Source: a bacterium (GTDB lineage Bacteria > Bacteroidota > Ignavibacteria > UBA10030). Taken from it: a DNA stretch of 40,053 bases. The notes under the pieces are model-generated. The model did not search any database, was not told where the DNA came from, and worked only from the letters and a program-made list of their open reading frames with translations. Location: contig JAZDJN010000051.1 in NCBI GenBank assembly GCA_043803945.1, positions 1-40,053 of the forward strand, given 5' to 3'. Below, in pieces: positions 1-7,152 of this stretch (position 1 is the stretch's first letter; the number at the start of each line of letters is the position of its first letter). The position numbers and the translations under genes are program-made.

Positions 1-42
1 CAGAAGACCATCAACATATAATTGAAGGAGTTTCTTGTCCAT
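1..42 (-). CDS. 5' start of an unidentified gene running off the window (MDKKLLQLYVDGLL...)
   Basis: ATG at 42 preceded by GAAGGA (RBS-like) on the minus strand; frame open to the window edge. Confidence 0.35.
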   Translation of the reverse strand, partial: MDKKLLQLYVDGLL

Positions 43-130
43 GGGCTATCCTTCGATTAATTTCACCAGTTACATAGTTTCACTCTTTGGGCTGTGTTCA
101 AATATACGATTATTTCAATTTTGCGTAACA

Positions 131-2071
131 TCACTTATTAAGATTCTCTTCGGCACCTTCAACTTCGATCTTGATCTTTCCAAGATATTTCTGTGATGTA
201 ATAAAATCTTTTATACTTGCGATGTTAGGCAGATATGATTTCAGATTATCGAAGCGGTAGAATTCCAGACGCGACAGGGCCTTTCGAATAATAGGGATTC
301 CGAAATCAAGAAGATTGATATCCTTTTGTTTCTTGCCAACTTCAGCTTGGGTCGTTCCTTCAAATATGATGGAAGATTGTGTAATACCGGTTAAGAGGTT
401 TACATGGAACCGATGTTCTGTAAGGGTATTCGGAAGTGCAGTAATATCTGAGCGGTCATATTTCTTCGACTCGTTTTTAAATATGTGTCCCTTTTTATAG
501 AAATCAGTTTCCTTGAAATCTAATTTTAATTCGAGCTGTATTTCTCTCGCAATCTTCCCGAGTATTCCCGTTTCCTGCAAAGCGGTTCGTAATTCATCGA
601 TATACCGAGGATTAGATGCGCTGTGATAATACAACTCCTCACAAATTCTCAATTCGTTATCTATTTCATCGTCATATTTTCTCTGGTACTTTGGTTGCGT
701 TTCGGACAATTGAAAAGGGCAATATCTTGCTCCACGGCCTATCAATTGAGCCTCGGAAATAGTCGTATTGCCCGGTTTTCCTTGCTTGGCATCTCTTGTA
801 TCATATAAACGGACAATATCAAAGAGATTTAACACATCCCAACCCTCATTCAGCTTGTCCACGGCAAATACTGCTCGATATTCGTTATGGACATCTTCAA
901 GTGTGTTAACCGCAATTTGTTTCTCTTCGCTTTCCTCTTTGCTGTTGACTTCAACGCATTTCTCTGGTGAGAAATCATTTTTCAATTCGACAATGAGATT
1001 ATCGAGTGTGATTCCATTCGTAGAATAATATGCAAAGCATGCTTTGAGAGTTGGATCTTGATTATGTTGAAGAGGGCGCAAATCTGATATTTTTAGATTC
1101 CGTATCTTCTCCGTAAACTCGGCAAAGAATGATTTACTCTCTGCAATGAATTTTGATTTGAACAACACCACCGGTTTGATGGCTTTCTTGTTTTTCTCAA
1201 ATACCTTCCGCCTATATTGACTTAAAAGAATTGCCTGCAATGCTCTCTGCATTAACGGAACATCTGATTGCAGAACCTTGACTTCTTTGGAATATCCATC
1301 GATGCGAAATTGTTTCAAGGGGTAATCAAAGATAATCTTGTCGGAATATTTTGCGGCTATATCGGGATATGATAAGTCTACCGTTGCGGTAAATTCGAGG
1401 AGAATGTTCTCATTGTTGGAACGAAATATCTTATTGACCGTATTTTCCCACGACACAGCCTCTTCTCGTTCTTCCTTTGAAAGGTTTCTCCTTTTTGTGT
1501 CGACATTGATATGGTGGGCTTCATCGGAAATCAGCACGATCTTCTTGTCTACAAAGTCATCATACGTCAATGAATTTTCTTTTGGTGTGTTCAAGCGGCT
1601 GTGCAAACCCTGGATAGTAGAGAAGACGATACTGATCTCTTCCTTATTGCCTGTCTGGAAATTATCGACCTCACGTACTTCGACTTTCTTATGGCCATAG
1701 GAGATCGTATCAGAAAAGAGATATTTAGAAGAACGCCGATTGAGAAAGTTATCACGTGTCTTATTGATAATATTTGTGCTGTTCACAAAGAAAAGGAAAT
1801 TACGATATCCTTGCTGATAGAGATGAAGAATACTCCCCGCCATGATAAGTGTTTTCCCGCTTCCTGTTGCCATGTGGAACAATATTTGTGCGGGTTTTTG
1901 TCTCAGCCTGTTATTGCCCAAATAATAAAGAAACCGCCCGAATGCCTCGATCTGATATGGACGCAGCTCAAAGGTGGATTTGAGATTATTCGATACATAC
2001 AACGGAACCTCAGGCAAAGGATTGCCAAGATCGACGTAGGAAGAGATTTTCTGTTCAAGCGTTTGAGGCAT
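131..2071 (-). CDS. res: Type III restriction-modification Res subunit (SF2 helicase/ATPase), apparently lacking the C-terminal PD-(D/E)xK nuclease domain
   Basis: LRPYQ, Walker A MATGSGKT, DEAHH, LNEGWDV, QLIGRGAR motifs; starts 2 nt after the mod stop; no PD..ExK motif before the stop at 646 aa. Confidence 0.88.
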   Translation of the reverse strand: MPQTLEQKISSYVDLGNPLPEVPLYVSNNLKSTFELRPYQIEAFGRFLYYLGNNRLRQKPAQILFHMATGSGKTLIMAGSILHLYQQGYRNFLFFVNSTNIINKTRDNFLNRRSSKYLFSDTISYGHKKVEVREVDNFQTGNKEEISIVFSTIQGLHSRLNTPKENSLTYDDFVDKKIVLISDEAHHINVDTKRRNLSKEEREEAVSWENTVNKIFRSNNENILLEFTATVDLSYPDIAAKYSDKIIFDYPLKQFRIDGYSKEVKVLQSDVPLMQRALQAILLSQYRRKVFEKNKKAIKPVVLFKSKFIAESKSFFAEFTEKIRNLKISDLRPLQHNQDPTLKACFAYYSTNGITLDNLIVELKNDFSPEKCVEVNSKEESEEKQIAVNTLEDVHNEYRAVFAVDKLNEGWDVLNLFDIVRLYDTRDAKQGKPGNTTISEAQLIGRGARYCPFQLSETQPKYQRKYDDEIDNELRICEELYYHSASNPRYIDELRTALQETGILGKIAREIQLELKLDFKETDFYKKGHIFKNESKKYDRSDITALPNTLTEHRFHVNLLTGITQSSIIFEGTTQAEVGKKQKDINLLDFGIPIIRKALSRLEFYRFDNLKSYLPNIASIKDFITSQKYLGKIKIEVEGAEENLNK

Positions 2072-2073
2072 GG

Positions 2074-4020
2074 TTATGCCTCGCCATAAAATTGGCGATT
2101 GAGTATCTTGTCGGTTTCTGAGACGCCATATTCTTTATCATCAATCTCGCTGTAATTCACATAGAGTTGATTCTTATCTAATACTTCGATGAGAAATCGT
2201 TTTTGGTCTGCCAGTGAGAGTTCTTTAAAACTCGCAATATTGTCATTGATGGTTTCGGGATCGACTTTATAGCTGATAAATGCTCTTTCTTGCATTTCCT
2301 CCCAGAATGCAAGCAATTCCTTTGTTGTTTTTGCTTTCTTGATTTGCGAAATATATGCATCATTCCAATGCATTAGCTCAAAAGAATTGAAACTGACTTT
2401 GCCGGCAATAGCTTTAACACGTTTGATTGTAACATCTTCAATATAGTCAAGCTGCTCACAAAGAATAAAATTACGATGCCCTTGATCAGCCTCGTTAATT
2501 CTGATAACTGCTTCAGCGGTTGTACCACTTCCTGAAAAGAAGTCTAAAATTATTGAATCTTTCTCTGTACCGACAATTTTTATTAAATATTCTATGAGTT
2601 CAACGGGTTTTGAATAGCTAAAATCAATGTCAAGATTCTTAATATAGTCTGCACCTTTACGATTAATAAATTGATCAAGGTAATTTCTTGGCTTGGTTCC
2701 TTTCTCTTGTCTATCTAATAAATAGCTTTTTGTATAAATATTCCATTTTGCTTGTTTACCTTTTTCATCAATTAGTGGCGATGTCTTTGTACTTTTGAAA
2801 ACTAATAGATTTTTATTTTTCAAATATGTCTCATATGTCCAACGCCATACTTTGTCATCTTTGGTTTTAGGTGGTATAAATGAAGCATCTTTTTTCTTTA
2901 AAGGAAAAGTCAAACCTGGAGGTATAAGTAATGTCCCATTTGGAGCTTTGATATAATATCTTTGATTTTTACAACCTCTGAGTGGGTCCAATGAAGATTG
3001 GTACAATGCGACATCATCTCTGAACTTTTCACCTTTCCTTTCCCCATCCTTCTCAACCCTCTTGTACAATAATTCATCAACATCATCCGAAAATTCGTTC
3101 AAGAGGGTCTTGTTTTTTGCATAGCATAAAATGAAATCTATTGAAGGCGCAAAAAATGTTCCCTTGTCACTAGCCGTCTTTGATACCCTGGCAATTGTAT
3201 TAATAAAATTATCTCTGCCAAACACAGCATCACACAACACCTTAAGATAATGGACCTCTTCATCTCCAATTTGAATAAAGATAACACCCTCATTCATTAA
3301 TAATCGATTGGCTATTTCAAGCCTATTCCTCATAAAAGAAAGCCAAGTTGAATGGGAAAATGTATCGTTATATCTAAAGGTATCACCATCCATATTATAT
3401 GGCGGATCAATATATATGACCTTTACTGTTCCAGCGTATTTTTCAAAAAGAGAATAAAGGGCGAGCAAATTATTTCCTTTGATGATATGATTTTCCTTAA
3501 AGAAATTAATCTTTTCATTTCCCCTTAATACATATTCACCTTTGCTATCATATCTCTTAAAGTTTGTAAATACTTTGGGTGCCAACAGTCTATCTATCTC
3601 ATCCGGTGCAAGTGTCTCATTCCAGAATATTTCATCACGCTTTTGATCTTCCTTTGTTTGTCCACCTTCGAGTATGCAATCCTTATACGGCCAGGCGAGC
3701 ACAACTTCTCGGCTCTCGGAGAGATAGTCACCGTTTTCATTTACAAGACCTATCTTATTCTTAAAAGCAGTATAACTATCCGGTAGAAATTCTTTATTGG
3801 AAACAAAATGCTGGAATTTGACCTTATCAAACACAAGAACACCATCGACATCGGTAAAGAAATGCTTTTTGATGCTTTTGTTCTTGAAAAGAAGTTTGAT
3901 CACTCCTGCATCAACAGCAAGGGCAAGTTCAATGATCTTGTTTTTGAGCAACTGTCCTTCGGCAACACAGCGTTCGTCTTGTTGCAGGAGTTGTTTGAGG
4001 TCATCCAGTAGATTTTGCAT
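2074..4020 (-). CDS. mod: Type III R-M Mod subunit, N6-adenine DNA methyltransferase (beta class)
   Basis: IYIDPPYN catalytic motif before the TRD, KPVEL and DFFSGSGTT SAM-binding motif; likely start MQNLL at 4020, since the longer start at 4071 lies inside a repeat. Confidence 0.93.
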   Translation of the reverse strand: MQNLLDDLKQLLQQDERCVAEGQLLKNKIIELALAVDAGVIKLLFKNKSIKKHFFTDVDGVLVFDKVKFQHFVSNKEFLPDSYTAFKNKIGLVNENGDYLSESREVVLAWPYKDCILEGGQTKEDQKRDEIFWNETLAPDEIDRLLAPKVFTNFKRYDSKGEYVLRGNEKINFFKENHIIKGNNLLALYSLFEKYAGTVKVIYIDPPYNMDGDTFRYNDTFSHSTWLSFMRNRLEIANRLLMNEGVIFIQIGDEEVHYLKVLCDAVFGRDNFINTIARVSKTASDKGTFFAPSIDFILCYAKNKTLLNEFSDDVDELLYKRVEKDGERKGEKFRDDVALYQSSLDPLRGCKNQRYYIKAPNGTLLIPPGLTFPLKKKDASFIPPKTKDDKVWRWTYETYLKNKNLLVFKSTKTSPLIDEKGKQAKWNIYTKSYLLDRQEKGTKPRNYLDQFINRKGADYIKNLDIDFSYSKPVELIEYLIKIVGTEKDSIILDFFSGSGTTAEAVIRINEADQGHRNFILCEQLDYIEDVTIKRVKAIAGKVSFNSFELMHWNDAYISQIKKAKTTKELLAFWEEMQERAFISYKVDPETINDNIASFKELSLADQKRFLIEVLDKNQLYVNYSEIDDKEYGVSETDKILNRQFYGEA

Positions 4021-4065
4021 GGAAGCTCCGTTTATGATTCTAGAGCTTCGGGAGGTATCTTTTTC

Positions 4066-4169
4066 TGTCATTCCAGAATGCTTTTATCTGGAATCCAGGC
4101 GTGAGGTGATCTTGGTTCTGGATTCCCGCTTTCCGCCAAAAAGATGGCGGACAGGTCGCGGGAATGACA
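4066..4169. repeat. REP/MITE-like palindromic element (TGTCATTCC...GGAATGACA) with a nested 24-bp insert
   Basis: 9-bp terminal inverted repeat; internal hairpins ATTCCAGA/TCTGGAAT and ATTCCCGC/GCGGGAAT; related copy at 25170-25290. Confidence 0.8.
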
Positions 4170-4174
4170 AGAGA

Positions 4175-4390
4175 GAGAAAAAGGGGGCACCTCTTTTTCG
4201 GCTGTCTTTTAGGCGGGTTCTACAGGTACAAAACAAAGGCGCGAATCTAACGCTCCTCTGTCTTAAGGTACCTGAGAGTACCCGCACGCAAAGAAGACAT
4301 CAGACCGCGCCCTTTCGGGCGTGGCTGACTCCAATCTTGCGTGCAATAAAAAATTCTCAGGTTTTTAAGACAAGACAGCAGCCGAAGCTA
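4175..4390 (-). ncRNA. Putative structured leader RNA upstream of mod-res: ~115-nt multi-segment hairpin followed by a terminator-like hairpin
   Basis: Nested pairings 4259-4266/4365-4372, 4270-4277/4355-4362, 4284-4291/4337-4344, apex 4300-4328 with a GAAA loop on the minus strand; hairpin at 4177-4199. Confidence 0.55.
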
Positions 4391-4470
4391 CGCTATTTAA
4401 AAATATGTGAGTTGTGAGTATTAAGTTGTTGAGTTAACCTTTCAGAATTCAAATGAATATACAATAAAAG

Positions 4471-5088
4471 TCATTCCTGTATGGGGGAAATTCCTTCTGC
4501 AATCATTCTGCGAACAATAACCTCGTCTGATACATAGAAGCGTTTGGCAAGTTTTGGCGCAATAAGCTCCCGTATAGCTGATTCCTCAAGATCGGGTACA
4601 ATTATTTTCCCCTTCTCAATAAGCGGTTTCATCAATTTCAGTTCTTGAATCAATAATACTGGTGGAACGAGCAGGCGCCCTGCAAATTCACGAGCCTGAT
4701 ATTCCGCCCGTCCCCATAATGCTTCTGGCAATTCGCGCTGAATTGTTTTCCATTCTTCATAGCTGCTTGATCGCAGTTGTGAGATGATTTCTTTATGGAA
4801 TACATAATGGCCAATTTCATGTGCAATGGAAAATCGAATGCGTACATCTGGGCTGGCAGGATCAATAACAATCTCACGCAGATTTCCCGAGAGATAAGCG
4901 TCTGTATGTGCTTGATAACGTAAGTCAGGGACTGGAATAATAAGGAGGTCAAGACTACGTTCGACAATAAGGTCCACATCGATTGGGAGCTTTTCTCCCC
5001 AGTACTTTTCACGGAACTCATCAGCACGACGACGAATTTCCTCATCATTGCGTCGCGGTAACTGGATTTTTGAAAAGTCGATGGACAA
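4471..5088 (-). CDS. ImmA/IrrE-family Zn metallopeptidase (DUF955)
   Basis: RFSIAHEIGHY (HExxH) and EYQAREFAGRLLVP motif; TTG start directly after the HTH gene. Confidence 0.88.
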   Translation of the reverse strand: MSIDFSKIQLPRRNDEEIRRRADEFREKYWGEKLPIDVDLIVERSLDLLIIPVPDLRYQAHTDAYLSGNLREIVIDPASPDVRIRFSIAHEIGHYVFHKEIISQLRSSSYEEWKTIQRELPEALWGRAEYQAREFAGRLLVPPVLLIQELKLMKPLIEKGKIIVPDLEESAIRELIAPKLAKRFYVSDEVIVRRMIAEGISPIQE

Positions 5089-5092
5089 GTAA

Positions 5093-5455
5093 CTATCTCT
5101 TCTTAATCAGGGCAATTAATTTATCAAGCTCTTCCTCGCTTGGTTTTTCTCCCCGCACTGTGCGGAAAAACACGGGCAATGCTTCAATGACCTCTTTATC
5201 GTTATAGACATCATCCGGTATTCGCTGCTGAGAGAGGGAAGCAAGATCGAAAAATGTTGCCCAATCGCTTGAATGTTTCTTGAGCTTAAACAGTTTTGCA
5301 ATGTTTTCCAGCGACTCACGCGTACCCAATGCTGGAAGGAGATCGCGTTCTACCTTGCTCCAGTTGCTCGGATCAAGTTCGGCTTGTCTGCAAAATTCGC
5401 GCAGACTTAATTCTGCCTGTAATCGCTTCTCGCGGACAAATGCCCCAAATGTCAT
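5093..5455 (-). CDS. XRE-family helix-turn-helix transcriptional regulator
   Basis: FGAFVREKRLQAELSLREFCRQAELDPSNWSKVER is a typical XRE HTH; GAGGAG RBS before the ATG at 5455. Confidence 0.88.
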   Translation of the reverse strand: MTFGAFVREKRLQAELSLREFCRQAELDPSNWSKVERDLLPALGTRESLENIAKLFKLKKHSSDWATFFDLASLSQQRIPDDVYNDKEVIEALPVFFRTVRGEKPSEEELDKLIALIKKR

Positions 5456-5469
5456 GGTTCTCTCCTCTT

Positions 5470-5530
5470 GGTGTGGTAATAAATATACCACACCGCCTTC
5501 CTATTGTCAAGTATTTTTTTTTGGTGTGGT
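5470..5530 (-). promoter_or_regulatory. Sigma70 promoter with overlapping palindromic operator for the XRE-ImmA operon
   Basis: TTGACA (5510-5505), 17-bp spacer, TG-extended TATATT (5487-5482); perfect IR GGTGTGGTA-N7-TACCACACC at 5470-5494; third half-site GGTGTGGT at 5523-5530. Confidence 0.78.
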
Positions 5531-5794
5531 TTTCGATTTGCTAAGAAGAAAAGTATAAAACTCATTGATGGAAAAATGATTGGTGGTTTATATCTGTACT
5601 GATGAGCGATAAGAAAGGTAGTGTCGGAGTTAAACATCGTTCTAATTCAGGAGGGAAAAGTTCTCCGATCTTCAAAGTCGATCGTATAGAATTACAAGAT
5701 GAGTATTTGTGTTAGAATAACATTTTTTGAAGGTGTACCGTTAAGCCTTTGGAATTACAGTATTTCCTAATACAGCATCAGTAAATACACATCT

Positions 5795-6721
5795 TCAATA
5801 CCCAATCCCACGAGCTGCTGAATCCAGAATCTCTGCACTCCGTTCCAGTGCTTTGCGCTCATCTTCTGAAAGTGCCGGCTGAAGCGTTGAGACGACTCCC
5901 TGAAAACCGATTACCCGTGGCAGCGATAAGGTAACATCTGCGAAGCCTGCAAGCCCACCTTGTGATACCGTAAGCACTGCCCCTTCATTGTCATGGATGG
6001 CCTGAGCTATCCGCGTTAAGCCAACTCCAATGCCGTAGTACGTAGAGCCTTTGCCTTCGATAATCTTATACGCTGCATGGCGCACACCGCTGTCGATATC
6101 AAATTTCAATTGCTCTGTAAGTTCTTTTCCACTCTGACTGCCGTACTCAGCGATCGGAAGCCCTGCGGCGGTTGCGCTGGACCAAAGAAGTACTTCGGAA
6201 TCGCCATGTTCCCCCACGACATAGGCGTGAACAGACTTGGGCGAGATCTCAAAGAAATCTCCCAGTAATGCCCTGAGTCGTGCTGTGTCGAGAATAGTCC
6301 CTGATCCAATGACTCGCGAGGGCGCTCCTCCCACGATTTTCGTTACGACCCGAGTCATGATGTCGACTGGATTTGATGCAACAAGGAGAATGGCATCGGG
6401 AGCATGCTGAAGAACTTTTTTTGTCACTTCCTCGAAGATCTGTGCGTTCTTACCAAGTAGTTGAAGCCTCGATTCATCGGGTTTCTGGTTCACACCGCAG
6501 GTTAACACTACAATGGCTGAACCAGCGATCTCTTCATAGCCTCCGGCTGAAATTTTTACTGGATTGGAGAAGGGTGTTGCGTGAAGAATGTCTTCGGCTT
6601 GAGCACGCGCGAGTGATGTATTAATATCGACAAGAACAATCTCACTCGCAGTCCGGCGTAACACCATAGCATAGGCCGTCGTGCTTCCAACGAATCCCGC
6701 TCCGATAATACTGATTTTCAT
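5795..6721 (-). CDS. ldh: L-lactate dehydrogenase
   Basis: IIGAGFVG Rossmann motif, GVNQKPDESRL (Gln in the specificity loop), NPVD, LDTAR, GEHGDS. Confidence 0.93.
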   Translation of the reverse strand: MKISIIGAGFVGSTTAYAMVLRRTASEIVLVDINTSLARAQAEDILHATPFSNPVKISAGGYEEIAGSAIVVLTCGVNQKPDESRLQLLGKNAQIFEEVTKKVLQHAPDAILLVASNPVDIMTRVVTKIVGGAPSRVIGSGTILDTARLRALLGDFFEISPKSVHAYVVGEHGDSEVLLWSSATAAGLPIAEYGSQSGKELTEQLKFDIDSGVRHAAYKIIEGKGSTYYGIGVGLTRIAQAIHDNEGAVLTVSQGGLAGFADVTLSLPRVIGFQGVVSTLQPALSEDERKALERSAEILDSAARGIGY

Positions 6722-6732
6722 AATTTCCTTAC

Positions 6733-6882
6733 ATCTGCGACAATCTGTGATCTTTCCGTGTGCTCAGTGTTCTAACTTTTCGAACTGGACCACTGATAAC
6801 ACTGAAAAAGGGATGCTCACTGATCTGTGTAAATCTGTGATCTTTCCGTGTAATCAGTGTTCTATCTTTTCAAACTGCTCTA
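6733..6882. repeat. Intergenic repeat: two 46-bp direct copies 90 bp apart, built of ATCTGTG/ATCAGTG units
   Basis: 6742-6787 vs 6832-6877 match at 42/46; terminus CTTTTCAAACTGCTCTA matches the end of the 31923 element at 15/17. Confidence 0.75.
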
Positions 6883-7031
6883 TTCATTACAACCACATTT
6901 GCAGCGACTCAGTTCCCATAAAGAAATGAGACTCCCTTCTGATCATAGAGCGAATTCAAATGGTTGGACATTTAGGTCGAATTGTACGTCAGATGAGAAA
7001 TTGCAGGAGTGGTAGGTTTCTGCTGTGGAAA

Positions 7032-7066
7032 CAAAAGAGGAGTCCCTCAAATTGAGCGACTCCTCT
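7032..7066 (-). terminator. Probable intrinsic terminator after the S9 peptidase gene
   Basis: AGAGGAGTC...GACTCCTCT stem followed by a T-run on the minus strand. Confidence 0.6.
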
Positions 7067-7152
7067 GCGAAGATGGTTTACTCAAGCGGATATGTGAGAT
7101 ACCAAAAAACTCTTAGGGCTTTAGCCCTTTCTCTATGAGAGGATTACTTGAT

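Noticed and set aside
2074-4071. Phase-variable simple sequence repeat in mod
   Set aside because: No tandem repeat tract or long homopolymer seen in the gene's 5' region.
3797-4417. 206-aa plus-strand ORF and 67-aa ORF 4084-4287
   Set aside because: They run antisense to mod or through palindromic repeats, with no recognisable motifs.
6733-6882. CRISPR array
   Set aside because: Only two 46-bp copies, the intervening sequence is itself repeat-derived, and there are no cas genes.
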